The notes beneath the pieces are model-generated. The model was given only the letters and a program-made list of their open reading frames with translations. It was not told where the DNA came from and ran no database searches. A stretch of DNA of 64,000 bases, taken from NCBI GenBank assembly GCA_965237955.1, contig OZ250169.1, positions 1,024,001-1,088,000 on the forward strand, read 5' to 3'. How positions within the stretch are numbered: the first letter of the stretch is position 1; every line of letters begins with the position of its first letter. This document shows positions 43,790 to 54,793 of the stretch, piece by piece. This DNA comes from Candidatus Marinacidobacterales bacterium. Lineage in GTDB: Bacteria > Acidobacteriota > Vicinamibacteria > Marinacidobacterales > SMYC01. The translations under genes were made by a program, and so were the position numbers.

Positions 43790-44839
43790 CGCGAGACCCG
43801 CGCAGCGACTCGCGCGCGCGCCGCGGGATTGGGTGGAATCGGTGGAACGGCGGAAAGTCGAGCTCGCCTCCCGGGAATGCCTGTCGAAGGGCATCACCAG
43901 CTTTCAAGACGCAGGCTCGTCGTTCGCGACCATCATCTCTTGAAGACGATGGCGGAAGAGGGCAACCTCGACCTGCGTCTGTGGGTCATGATCAGCGGGT
44001 CGAGCGAAGAGCTCGCGGTCAAGCTGCCTCACTACAAGATGATCAATGTCGGCGATCAGCGGTTGACGGTCCGCGCGATCAAGAGAGGGATCGATGGCGC
44101 CCTCGGCTCGCACGGTGCCTGGCTTCTCGAGCCGTACGCGGACATGCCCGAGAGTACGGGTCTCAACACGACGAGCCCCGAAGTCATCTCCGAGACCGCG
44201 GAGCTCGCCATCCGCCACGGGTTCCAGCTGTGTGTTCACGCCATCGGCGACCGCGGCAACCGGGAAACGCTGGATATATTCGAGAGTGCCTTCGAGGCAA
44301 ATCCGGACAAGACCGACCTGCGCTGGCGCATCGAGCACTCGCAACACCTCCATCCCGACGACATCCCCCGCTTCGGCGAGCTGGGCGTCGTCGCGTCGAT
44401 GCAAGGGATCCACTGCACGTCGGACGGACCCTGGGTCGTGCTCCGTCTCGGTGAGAAACGTGCAAGAGAAGGCGCGTATCCGTGGCGCACGCTCTTGGAG
44501 ACCGAAGCCGTCGTTGCCAACGGCACCGATGCGCCGGTGGAAGACGTGGATCCGATCGCGAGCTTCTACGCTTCCGTGACCCGGCGGATGAAAGCGAACG
44601 GCGAGCTCTTCTATCCCGAGCAGCGCATGACGCGGGAGGAGGCGTTGCACTCGTACACGCTCGCTCCCGCGTGGGCCGCGTTCGAGGAGGACATCAAAGG
44701 CTCACTCGAAGTCGGGAAGCTCGCGGACGTCACCGTGTTGTCGAAAGACATCATGACCGTCCCCGAGGAGGAAATCTGCGAAGCGAAGGTGATCTACACG
44801 ATCGTGGGCGGCGACGTGAAATACGAAGGGCGGCGTTAG
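43790..44839 (+). pseudogene. Amidohydrolase_3 (YtcJ-like), 5'-truncated, frameshift near 43940
   Basis: KGITSFQDAG; DGALGSHGA, HAIGDRGN, RIEHSQ, GTDAPVE, GKLAD. Confidence 0.88.
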
Positions 44840-44868
44840 GCTGGAAACGCAAAGAAATCAACGCAAAG

Positions 44869-44935
44869 GCGCAGAGACGCAAGGGCGCAAAGTCCGGCTA
44901 GGCTACGCTCTCTTTGCGCCCTTGCGCCTCTGCGT
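44869..44935. terminator. Long REP-like hairpin between convergent genes
   Basis: GCGCAGAGACGCAAGGGCGCAAAG / CTTTGCGCCCTTGCGCCTCTGCGT. Confidence 0.65.
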
Positions 44936-44944
44936 TTGCTTTTC

Positions 44945-45497
44945 TTAGCTTGCGTCGGTGGGGAGGGTCATTGTCAGGCGGCATCCACCTGCGGCGGTTG
45001 GGGCGATCTCGAGTCTTCCGTTGTGGAGCTCGGCCGCGCGCTTGGCTGCTAGGAGCGACACTGCTGCGCCGAAGCCGCCCGGACGCTCGTCCCAGTGGGG
45101 GTCGAACCAGTGGGACCAGGACGATGTCGGCATACGCACTGCGTCTTGGGACACGGTCAAGTTGACGGTGTTGGTGAGCTCGTTGAGCGTCATGTCGACC
45201 GAGAGCCTTCCGCCCCGGCCCGAACGCATGAACGCAAGAATCGTTTCGATAGCGCCCGAAATCGCCACCGCCACGAGCTCTTCGTCGGCCCGGATCGGGC
45301 AAGCGCTCAGGCTTCTCGCGTGGAGCTCGATGCCGAGTAGTCCACGCTCGTCCTCCGAGGCGGTGAGCACGTTCTTTAGAATCGTTGCAGCGTCGAACGG
45401 TCGTCGCGTGAGTGCCGGCTCCGCCCGCAGGATCTCGAGACCGCGCATCAGCCGATTGGCCCTGAGCGCTTCGGCGCGGATGAGACCAACGGCGACG
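44945..45497 (-). pseudogene. C-terminal HATPase-like half of the gene starting at 35423
   Basis: Begins with the TSD CGTCGCCGT; AAKRAAELHNGRLEI...GCRLTMTLP. Confidence 0.8.
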
Positions 45498-46249
45498 TGC
45501 CTTGGTGCACAACTCGCGATCTCGGTCCACAATTGTCCTTTACTCACGGATTCGAGGTTCCCCATGAGCATTTTCAAACGCACTCAGCGGAAGTATGTGA
45601 AGAAGGCCTATCGCGTGAGGAATTGGCGTGAATATGAGGCGGGTCTACGCAACCGTGGGAGCCTGACCGTCTGGATCTCGCTCACCGCCGGCAAGCTTGT
45701 GAACTGGGACGCGCCCCGGCCGAGGAGGAGGAAACCGGGCCGTCAACGTAAGTACTCGAACCACGCCATCGAGACGGCTGTCACCCTGGGCATGGTGTTT
45801 CACCTGTCATCTAGGCAGAGCGAGGGATTGCTGCGATCGTTGTTCGCTCTGATGAAGCTAGACAATGATGTGCCCGATCACACCACGATCTCGAGGCGCA
45901 AGGCGAAGCTGGGTAAGGTCCCCTTCTACCAAGACAAGCAGAAGACGCCGTTGCACATCTTGATCGACAGCAGCGGTCTCGCTGTCCACGCCGGCCAGCT
46001 GCGCAGAGCACCAAAGAGCAGGGACTATCGCAAGCTCCATCTGTGTGTCGACGAGCAGAGTGGCGAAGGCTATCGTGGGCTCAGCGATGCGAGCGAGAGG
46101 GTTGGCGGCACAGAGAGTCGAGGCAAGGATCGGGTGCAAGATTCTCAACACGATGACGGCGCTCGGGATGCCTGATAGCGAGATGATCGGATGATGGGAG
46201 TCGGGGCCAAGCGAGCTCTCGGCCTCTATCGGAGTTGTGCACCAAGGCA
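45498..46249 (+). mobile_element. IS5 internal-deletion derivative, second copy
   Basis: Same length and deletion junction as 36034-36785. Confidence 0.93.
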
Positions 46250-46348
46250 GTGGAGAGGTACTTTCGAGTGAACGAACGGATTTCGTTCATTCCCCGATGA
46301 CCTCCGCCCACACGGGCGGTACCATTGCTGTCAAGTTGGGAACGTGGA

Positions 46349-46398
46349 CCACAAGATATAGTCGTAGCTGCACCCAACCTGACCACACGATATTGTGG
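46349..46398. promoter_or_regulatory. Tandem NrdR-box-like palindromes
   Basis: CCACAAGATATAGTCG and CCACACGATATTGTGG, starts 34 bp apart. Confidence 0.5.
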
Positions 46399-46424
46399 AG
46401 CGTTGTCTCAATTTGACAATACCC

Positions 46425-46838
46425 CGCCGAGCGCTGGATCGGGAGTTGTCGTCGAGAGATGCTCGAGCACGTGGTCGTCCTGAGCGAGCGGCACCTCGTC
46501 CGACTCGTGCTCTCTTACCTCCGCTACTATCACCAAGACCGTGGTCACTTGGGTCTCAACAAGGACACCCCCAAACGAGAGACCCGTCACGCCACGACCG
46601 TCATCGACGGCGAACGTGATCGCGCTGCCACGAGTCGCTGGACTCCATCATCGCTACGAGTGGCGCGAGGCCGCATAGCGCCCGTTGCCGGTCGTGACGG
46701 GTTCACGTCGCCAGAGCTCTTGATGTTTGCATCCCCCGCTCTTGAACCCGGTGACTCGTGTGCTCCCGACGACGTCACGGGGCGTCGATGCCTGCTTTCG
46801 TCGTGGGTTTCCGTCCGGACTAATAATGATGAGCCACA
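46425..46838 (+). mobile_element. rve-integrase C-terminal remnant plus right end
   Basis: IGSCRREMLEHVVVLSERHL...GLHHRYEWREAA*; end CCGGACTAATAATGATGAGCCACA. Confidence 0.75.
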
Positions 46839-47031
46839 GGTATCGTTGTCTCCCGTCGAGCGCGGCCCGAATTATGCCTGCACTCACCTTCTGCTTCCCT
46901 GAAGGATTAGCCACACGTCGCTTCTGCCGCTCTTGGGCTTCTGCTATGCTCCAGCACGGACGGCATGGACATTTCTCTCATGCACGCGCTGAGAAAATTG
47001 GCGCCGGTACGCATCCTTTAAAAAGGAGGAC

Positions 47032-48411
47032 ATGATGAAAAAAATCCATAATTCGAAACTTTTTGGGTTGGTGGCCCTCCTGGCTTTTGCTTTGGTTTTT
47101 ATTGGTACAGACTTTATTGAAGGCCAAGTAAGAACAACAAGAGGCAAGCCTGAAAACCCACCTGGCAATCCTGATAACCCTAACAAAGGAGGCCATAAAA
47201 CCCAAGACCGCCCAGCAGACGTTGTGTTCTGGAATTGTTGTGAGGATCCTAGCGGAGGAGATCGTTCAGCGGTTAGTGACACATCTCCCCAGATAGATTC
47301 ATCTACTCAAACAAATACGTCACAATTTGCGAATGCGAAAGAAAAATTAATTAGCATGGGATTCAACGTACCTGGTGAATCACATAAGCAGGAGTTTGTA
47401 GGAAGCTTAGATATACCAATTGACATCAAAGATAGATTTTTGGAAATCTTAGACGCTATAACTAGCGTGTTAGGCAGCTATCCTAATTTTGTCTACGTCG
47501 CTTACAATCGAAATGGCACAGAAGCGGATGCCAAGCCTGTTTTTGACAGGTTGTCTGAAATTGATTTTTCACTAGATGGATTCACTATTGCCGAATTACA
47601 AAGGAAAGCAACCTGCCTTGGAGGATCCAATGCTGGGGAACCCAGAACAGTCACAACTGAACCTTATAGTGTATGCATTCAACATTTAGCTTTTATTCAA
47701 AATCCTTTTAATCATCCACCTCAAGAAACTAAAGCGCACCCAGACAAAATTTTAGGTAGGCGTGTACTTAATTATGCACATGAATATTTTCATCATTACG
47801 AACGAGCTCATGCCTTAGATAGGGGACTTAACTATCAAGGAGATCTAGAAAATCCTCAAACAACCGTGGATGCTCCACCGTGGTGGACAGAAGGAGCGGC
47901 AGTAGCATTCCAAAATGCATGGTATAAAGCAAACTGGAGTACCCTATCCTTTTTTGAAGGTAAAAAATGGGGAGATGTAAAAGTTAGCATTATGTTCAGT
48001 GATGATCCAGGAGTTTATAGAGAGTTTAGACGTGGCATTATGGATGCCCCTGGCAGGAAAAGAGAGGGTTGTACCCCAAATTTTAAAATGGGACCCTATA
48101 CCGACAGATATGACACCGAGCGAGCTCCAGATGCTGATCCATGTCGGGCTTTCATGTTAGCTGTACCATATATCGCATCGTTGACTTCGTACAAAACAGT
48201 GTTAATTGATATACCTCAAGATTACTATGATCTTGGTTTTTGGGGAGCTTTTGAAAAGCATGTGGGTATGAACAAACAGGAATTTTATGATAATTTTAAT
48301 GCCTTTTTGAGGTCTGGTAATCCAGAAGATGAACCACCTGAAGGTTGGGCTCCTCCTGAAGGCGATATAGCATCATATGCTAACTTTCTAGAAATAGTCC
48401 CTAAAAAATAG
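47032..48411 (+). CDS. AT-rich exported protein with HExxH motif (putative zinc metallopeptidase)
   Basis: AAGGAGG RBS; leader shared with the S9 gene; YAHEYFH...WWTEGAA. Confidence 0.8.
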   Translation: MMKKIHNSKLFGLVALLAFALVFIGTDFIEGQVRTTRGKPENPPGNPDNPNKGGHKTQDRPADVVFWNCCEDPSGGDRSAVSDTSPQIDSSTQTNTSQFANAKEKLISMGFNVPGESHKQEFVGSLDIPIDIKDRFLEILDAITSVLGSYPNFVYVAYNRNGTEADAKPVFDRLSEIDFSLDGFTIAELQRKATCLGGSNAGEPRTVTTEPYSVCIQHLAFIQNPFNHPPQETKAHPDKILGRRVLNYAHEYFHHYERAHALDRGLNYQGDLENPQTTVDAPPWWTEGAAVAFQNAWYKANWSTLSFFEGKKWGDVKVSIMFSDDPGVYREFRRGIMDAPGRKREGCTPNFKMGPYTDRYDTERAPDADPCRAFMLAVPYIASLTSYKTVLIDIPQDYYDLGFWGAFEKHVGMNKQEFYDNFNAFLRSGNPEDEPPEGWAPPEGDIASYANFLEIVPKK

Positions 48412-48474
48412 GCAATTGGTTTTTGGGACCGCATTGAGTTTGGCTCATTCTTATTAAATTTCCACCTTCTGACC

Positions 48475-49561
48475 TGCCTTGGTGCACAACTCGCGATCTC
48501 GGTCCACAATTGTCCTTTACTCACGGATTCGAGGTTCCCCATGAGCATTTTCAAACGCACTCAGCGGAAGTATGTGAAGAAGGCCTATCGCGTGAGGAAT
48601 TGGCGTGAATATGAGGCGGGTCTACGCAACCGTGGGAGCCTGACCGTCTGGATCTCGCTCACCGCCGGCAAGCTTGTGAACTGGGACGCGCCCCGGCCGA
48701 GGAGGAGGAAACCGAGCCGTCAACGCAAGTACTCGAACCACGCCATCGAGACGGCTGTCACCCTGGGCATGGTGTTTCATCTGTCATCTAGGCAGAGCGA
48801 GGGATTGCTGCGATCGTTGTTCGCTCTGATGAAGCTAGACAATGATGTGCCCGATCACACCACGATCTCGAGGCGCAAGGCGAAGCTGGGTAAGGTCCCC
48901 TTCTACCAAGACAAGCAGAAGACGCCGTTGCACATCTTGATCGACAGCAGCGGTCTCGCTGTCCACGCCGGCCAGCTGCGCAGAGCACCAAAGAGCAGGG
49001 ACTATCGCAAGCTCCATCTGTGTGTCGACGAGCAGAGTGGCGAAGTCGTCGCCGGCGAGCTGACGAGCAAAAGAGCCCGCGATTCATCGCGGGTTGCATC
49101 GCTTGTCGGACAGATCGACAGTCCCATCTCATCGGCCAGAGCTGACACCGCATACGACGCCAGCGGCGTCTATGAGGCGATCGAGAATCACAGCGCTCAT
49201 TGCTCGCCGAGGGTGCTGATACCGCCGCGCAAGGGCGCCCAGCTCGCATCGGGGCCGGCGAGCAGCCGACAGCGCAATCGCAACATTGCAGCACAAGCTC
49301 GGCTCGGCAAACGAAAGTGGCACACAGAATCGGGCTACAGCAAACGGAGCAAAGTCGAGACAACGTTCCATCGCTACAAGGCTATCGTGGGCTCAGCGAT
49401 GCGAGCGAGAGGGTTGGCGGCACAGAGAGTCGAGGCAAGGATCGGGTGCAAGATTCTGAACACCATGACGGCGCTCGGGATGCCTGATAGCGAGATGATC
49501 GGATGATGGGAGTCGGGGCCAAGCGAGCTCTCGGCCTCTATCGGAGTTGTGCACCAAGGCA
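48475..49561 (+). mobile_element. IS5-family (IS903-like) element, full length
   Basis: 18-bp IR TGCCTTGGTGCACAACTC; no TSD. Confidence 0.95.
48541..49506 (+). CDS. IS5 transposase
   Basis: YRVRNWREYEAGLRNRGSLTVW, IDSSGL, ADTAYD, YSKRSKVET. Confidence 0.95.
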   Translation: MSIFKRTQRKYVKKAYRVRNWREYEAGLRNRGSLTVWISLTAGKLVNWDAPRPRRRKPSRQRKYSNHAIETAVTLGMVFHLSSRQSEGLLRSLFALMKLDNDVPDHTTISRRKAKLGKVPFYQDKQKTPLHILIDSSGLAVHAGQLRRAPKSRDYRKLHLCVDEQSGEVVAGELTSKRARDSSRVASLVGQIDSPISSARADTAYDASGVYEAIENHSAHCSPRVLIPPRKGAQLASGPASSRQRNRNIAAQARLGKRKWHTESGYSKRSKVETTFHRYKAIVGSAMRARGLAAQRVEARIGCKILNTMTALGMPDSEMIG

Positions 49562-50178
49562 ATGTCGGTGCGCTTGTCGACCACTTCGGCACGGGCTTGC
49601 TCGGGGCTCATGTAGGCTGGCGTCCCGAGAATGTGGCCGTCACGGGTCATGTGGGACGGTGCGGTTTTCGTTCTCGACCCGTTTCGAGGAGTCTCTGTTA
49701 TAAAGGGCTTGGCGAGGCCGAAGTCCAGCACTTTGACCAGCCCCTCCGGAGTTATTTTCACGTTGTCCGGTTTGAGATCCCGGTGCACGATCGCTTGCGC
49801 GTGCGCGGCTTCGAGCGCTTGGGCGATCTGCTTGAAGACCGTGAGGATATCGCGCAAGCTCATCGAGCGCGCGTCGAGTCGTTCGCCGAGCGTTTCCCCC
49901 GGGACGAGCTCGAGGATCAGAAAGAGGTTTTCGTCGCGGCGCTCGAGGCCGAAAATGGATCCGATGTTCGGATGATTGATCGAAGCTAACACTCGCGCTT
50001 CGCGCTCGAATCGCTTGACGCGCTCCGCATCTTGGGCCACGGAATCAGGCAGTGCTTTGATCGCTACCTCGCGTTTGAGCTCGGTGTCGCGTGCGAGGTA
50101 CACCTCGCCCATGCCTCCGGCACCCAGCGGAGACAGAACTTCGAAAACACCGAGTCGTGTTCCAGGTTCCAACGCCAT
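49562..50178 (-). pseudogene. Hanks-type Ser/Thr kinase truncated by IS5
   Basis: LGAGGMGEVY, VAIK, HRDLKPDN, DFGLAK, GTPAYMSPEQ. Confidence 0.92.
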
Positions 50179-50277
50179 AGGTGATCTCAAGCCTCGAACA
50201 GAGATCAGCCTAGCACCGCGACTCCATGGATTCCAACATGAAAAGTGCTGTATCCTTCGATTGTCGTTGAGACCGGT

Positions 50278-51099
50278 ATGAACTCGCGCGGACGCACCTT
50301 CGTCGGGTGGCTAATCATCTTGTCGTGCGTCCCCACTCCGGTACTAGCAGCCAAGCTTCAAATGGACACCCTCAACGCGTGGTTGGAGTACAAGCGACTG
50401 ACCGAGGAGCGGATCGAACGCGAGCTCGCATCAACCGAAGGGTTCCTCATCTTTGACTTTCTCCTCGAGAGTGACCGAGTTGCGATCCGATCCGCGTTGG
50501 ACTCCAGCGACACCTTTATCAAGAAGCTGAAAACGCGGAACGAGGAGGGTGGCGACATCAAGATTACGAAAGGGCTCGTGCACCACTGGTACGGGATCGT
50601 TCTCGTCCGCGGCACCGAGCTCGAGGACGTGCTGCGCTTGGTTCAGGACTACGACAACCACGCGAGCTACTTCGAAGACGTGGAGGACTCGCGCCTCGTG
50701 TCTCATCAGGGCGACGAGTACGAGATATTCTTGAGACTCCGTCGCAAGAAAGTCATCACCGTGCACTACAACACCGAGCACCACGTTACCTACCATCGCC
50801 GCGCGCCCGGTGAGGTGTGGAGTCGCAGCGAGTCCACCCGCATCGCCGAGCTCGATAATCCAAGTACGACGCGCGAGCGTGAAAAACCCCTCGAGAACGA
50901 TCGGGGCTTCATGTGGCGCCTGAATTCCTACTGGAGGTTCCAACAAGTTCCCGAAGGCGTCATCGTCGAGTGCGAGTCCATCAGCCTCAGCCGGACGGTT
51001 CCCATCGCCTTCCGCTGGATCGTCAAACCGTTCATCAACTCCGTCCCGCGGGAGTCTCTCGAATTGGCGCTCCGCCCGCTCCAGGATGCGTTCAACTGA
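50278..51099 (+). CDS. Exported hypothetical protein (possible START/SRPBCC-like fold)
   Basis: Signal peptide; GFMWRLNSYWRF...ECESISLSR. Confidence 0.75.
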   Translation: MNSRGRTFVGWLIILSCVPTPVLAAKLQMDTLNAWLEYKRLTEERIERELASTEGFLIFDFLLESDRVAIRSALDSSDTFIKKLKTRNEEGGDIKITKGLVHHWYGIVLVRGTELEDVLRLVQDYDNHASYFEDVEDSRLVSHQGDEYEIFLRLRRKKVITVHYNTEHHVTYHRRAPGEVWSRSESTRIAELDNPSTTREREKPLENDRGFMWRLNSYWRFQQVPEGVIVECESISLSRTVPIAFRWIVKPFINSVPRESLELALRPLQDAFN

Positions 51100-51256
51100 A
51101 AGATCTGGAAGTGAAGCGCGCGATTTTCGAGGGCGAGTTTTGGAATGTCCGCTAGAGTGTAGAGTGTCATCGGCAGAGGACGAGCTGAAGGCGCAAGTAA
51201 CTGAATCTAAAGGCCCATGCCATGGCACAGGCTTTGCTTTACACTTTGAGTAGCCC

Positions 51257-51991
51257 ATGCGCATTCGATTCGTTTTTGCTCTGCTGGCGGTTGCGATGGT
51301 GGCTCCGCTGGCGAGCGCACAGGAAGAGCCCGACTTTCTGTTCGGCGCTCCCCGGGGTGCGTTCTCCATCCGCGGCGGATACCTGATCGCGTCGGCCAAG
51401 AGCGACATCTATGAGTTCTTGTCGGAGGAGCTGACCATCGAAAGCAATGACTTCAACGCGCTGGTCTTCGGCATCGACGTCGCGCTCGCGATCCACCCTC
51501 GGCTGGATGTGCTCGCCGGCTTCGAGTACAGCTGGACGGCCATCGATTCCGAGTACCGCGAGTTCGAGGAGGACAGCGGCGCGCCCATCACCCAGACCAC
51601 CGAGCTCAGGACGGTTCCGCTCACGGGGAGCATCAAGCTGTACTTGACGCCGCGCGGACGAGAGATCAGTCGTTTCGCGTTCGTGCCGAACAAGGCGCGA
51701 CCTTACGTGGGTGCCGGCGCCGGTCTCATTTGGTATCGGCTCGAGCAGATCGGTGATTTCGTGGATTTCGCCGATCTTTCTATTTTCACCGGCGAGTTTC
51801 GCTCGAGCGGCTTGGGCACGGAGGCACACGTGTTTGGTGGTCTGGACCTCCAGCTGAGCCCCAAGTGGTACCTCTCGTTGGAGGGACGCTACGTCTGGGC
51901 CGATGCGGACCTGTCCGGAGACTTCGTGGGCTTCGACCCCATCGACCTCAACGGCCTCCGGATCACCGCGGGCTTTAGCTACAGTTTTTGA
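51257..51991 (+). CDS. Outer-membrane beta-barrel protein
   Basis: Signal peptide; RPYVGAGAG; C-terminal GFSYSF. Confidence 0.85.
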   Translation: MRIRFVFALLAVAMVAPLASAQEEPDFLFGAPRGAFSIRGGYLIASAKSDIYEFLSEELTIESNDFNALVFGIDVALAIHPRLDVLAGFEYSWTAIDSEYREFEEDSGAPITQTTELRTVPLTGSIKLYLTPRGREISRFAFVPNKARPYVGAGAGLIWYRLEQIGDFVDFADLSIFTGEFRSSGLGTEAHVFGGLDLQLSPKWYLSLEGRYVWADADLSGDFVGFDPIDLNGLRITAGFSYSF

Positions 51992-52014
51992 GATAGAAGA
52001 CACAGGAGGACGCC

Positions 52015-53184
52015 ATGACGACAACACTCCTATTGGCCTTAGCACTGGCCGGCGCGCCAGGACAAAACGAAGTGGCCAATCTCGACTCACGATGGGTTCC
52101 CTGGCTCGGATGCTGGGAGCTCGTCGACGACCAGCGGCGTGAGCCCCTCATCGGCGAAGCCGATCCCACCCAGGGCCAGGACGTCCCGCTACGCGGGCTC
52201 GTGTGCCTGAATCCAGCGCCCGACGGAAACGGTGTCACCGTCACTACCGTCGCGGGCGGTGAAGCGTTTCTCGAAGAGACGCTCGTCGCCGACGGCGAGA
52301 AGAACCCGTCTGCCAAAGGCAAGTGCAGCGGCTGGCAGCGCACCGAGTGGTCCGCGGATGGCTATCGTCTGTTCACGAGCGCCGAGCTCACCTGCGAGGA
52401 GAACAGTAGGCTGACCGTCTCGGGGCTCAGCATGATGGTGCCTCGGTCCACGTGGGTCGACATCCAAATCGTCGAGAGCAGCGCCGGACGTGCCGTCGTG
52501 ATCCGCCGCTACCGCCCGGCAAACGATACCGAGGTCATCGACTCGGGAGCTCCGGTTCTCAACACCGACCTCAAGATGAAATCGTACCGAAGCCGGCTCG
52601 CGCTCACCAACCCGCTTTCTGCCGACGACATTACCGAGGCTGCCAGCAAAGTCGCGCCCGAAGCTCTCGAAGCCGCGGTGTTGGAGCACGAGGAAGGTTT
52701 CGCGCTCGACGCCGCCGCGTTGACGCGTCTCGATGATGCCGGAGTCCGTCCCGGACTCATCGATCTAATGGTCGCGCTTTCGTATCCCAACCAGTTCGTC
52801 GTCAACGCGGGCTCAGGCGACGGCGCCGGCGGTGGCGGCTTCGCACTCCCCGGCACCTACTACCGCACCGGTTTTCCCTACAGCTATCGAACGCCGTATT
52901 ACGTGACCCCGTTCAGTTATTACTATTGGTACGCGCCACACCATCCTCGATACGTGGTGCGGCCCGTCGCCGTCCCGGAGGTTCGCCAGGGACTCGTCAG
53001 CAAGCGCGGCTACGCGCAAGTCGCACCCAGTCCTACCGGTCGTCGCGCCCGTCATCGCGGCGGCTCCGGCGGCGGTAGTTCCGTCTCCGGTTCGAGCCGC
53101 TCGTCGGGGTCGAGTGGATCGGTCAGTAGCCAGGGCTACTCGCGCGGTGGTTCATCGGGCCGCAGCGCTACCAGGAAGAAGTAA
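52015..53184 (+). CDS. Exported hypothetical protein with Tyr-rich segment and Gly/Ser tail
   Basis: GGAGG RBS; signal peptide; RWVPWLGCW. Confidence 0.8.
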   Translation: MTTTLLLALALAGAPGQNEVANLDSRWVPWLGCWELVDDQRREPLIGEADPTQGQDVPLRGLVCLNPAPDGNGVTVTTVAGGEAFLEETLVADGEKNPSAKGKCSGWQRTEWSADGYRLFTSAELTCEENSRLTVSGLSMMVPRSTWVDIQIVESSAGRAVVIRRYRPANDTEVIDSGAPVLNTDLKMKSYRSRLALTNPLSADDITEAASKVAPEALEAAVLEHEEGFALDAAALTRLDDAGVRPGLIDLMVALSYPNQFVVNAGSGDGAGGGGFALPGTYYRTGFPYSYRTPYYVTPFSYYYWYAPHHPRYVVRPVAVPEVRQGLVSKRGYAQVAPSPTGRRARHRGGSGGGSSVSGSSRSSGSSGSVSSQGYSRGGSSGRSATRKK

Positions 53185-53191
53185 GCCGCAC

Positions 53192-53432
53192 CTAACCGGC
53201 ACGTGTGCCGTTGGGGACGGGTGTCTCCGGAACGGCGAGTCTCGGGAGCACGCCGTCGGCGTAGCCGGTGTCAAAGAGCATGCCTTCGGAAATCTCGCCT
53301 CGCATGCGGCGCGGTTTCAAATTCACCACGAAGAGCGCCTGACGCCCTTCGAGCTCAGCCGGGTTCTCGCGCTCTTCTTTGAGGCCCGCGAGGATGGTGC
53401 GCTGGTGGTCCCCGAAATCGACCGTCAGTTTA
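53192..53432 (-). pseudogene. tRNA-binding (CsaA/Trbp-like) protein, C-terminal fragment
   Basis: Manual translation LTVDFGDHQRTILAG...ALFVVNLKPRRMRGEISEGMLFD...PNGTRAG*. Confidence 0.75.
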
Positions 53433-53439
53433 ATGACTT

Positions 53440-54751
53440 CAAGTGGTACCTCTCGTTGGAGGGACGCTACGTCTGGCCGATGCCGTTCTGTCCGAGGACT
53501 ACGTCGGCTTCGACCCCATCGACCTCAACGGCCTCCGGATTACCGCGGGCTTTGGCTATAGTTTTTGAGTAAGATAGAAGACACGAGGAGGACGCCATGA
53601 CGACAGCACTCCTATTGGCCCTAGCGCTGGCCGGCACAAGACGAAGCCGCCAATATCGACTCCCGGTGGGTTCCCTGGCTCGGATGCTGGGAGCTCGTCG
53701 ACGACCAGCGGCGTGAGCCCCTCATCGGCGAAGCCGATCCCACCCAGGGCCAGGACGTCCCGCTACGCGGGCTCGTGTGCCTGAATCCAGCGCGCCCGAC
53801 GGAGACGGTGTCACCGTCACCACCGCCGCGGGCGGTGAGGCGTTTCTCGAAGAGACGCTCGTCGCCGACGGCGAGAAGAACCCGTCGGCCAAAGGCAAGT
53901 GCAGCGGCTGGCAGCGTACCGAGTGGTCCGCGGATGGCTATCGTCTATTCACGAGCGCCGAGCTCACCTGCGAGGAAAACCGTAGGCTGACCGTCTCGGG
54001 GCTCAGCATGATGGTGCCTCGGTCCACGTGGGTCGACATCCAAATCGTCGAGAGCAGCGCCGGACGTGCCGTCGTGATCCGCCGCTACCGCCCGGCAAAC
54101 GATACCGAGGTCATCGACTCGGGAGCTCCGGTTCTCAACACCGACCTCAAGATGAAATCGTACCGAAGCCGGCTCGCGCTCACCAACCCGCTTTCTGCCG
54201 ACGACATTACCGAGGCTGCCAGCAAAGTCGCGCCCGAAGCTCTCGAAGCCGCGGTGTTGGAGCACGAGGAAGGTTTCGCGCTCGACGCCGCCGCGTTGAC
54301 GCGTCTCGATGATGCCGGAGTCCGTCCCGGACTCATCGATCTAATGGTCGCGCTTTCGTATCCCAACCAGTTCGTCGTCAACGCGGGCTCAGGCGACGGC
54401 GCCGGCGGTGGCGGCTTCGCACTCCCCGGCACCTACTACCGCACCGGTTTTCCCTACAGCTATCGAACGCCGTATTACGTGACCCCGTTCAGTTATTACT
54501 ATTGGTACGCGCCACACCATCCTCGATACGTGGTGCGGCCCGTCGCCGTCCCGGAGGTTCGCCAGGGACTCGTCAGCAGCCACGGCTATGCGCAGGTCAA
54601 GCCTCGTCCTACCGGTCGTCGCGCACGTCGTCGCGGCGGCTCGGGCGGGGATGGTTACGTTTCCGGTTCGAGCAGCTCGTCAGGGTCGGGTGGATCGGTC
54701 AGTAGCGAAGGCTATTCGCGCGGTGGTTCGTCCAGCCGCTCCGCTACCAGG
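53440..54751 (+). pseudogene. Tandem duplicate of 51862-53176, frameshifted
   Basis: Direct sequence match with indels near 53485, 53640 and 53795. Confidence 0.9.
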
Positions 54752-54793
54752 ATGAGGCAGTTTGGAGCTATCCGGTCTCGGCTAGTAACCATA

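Noticed and set aside
44958-45563. Long N-terminal extensions on IS5 ORFs (also 36108-37217)
   Set aside because: Chance open frames across IS junctions; the true start is MSIFKR.
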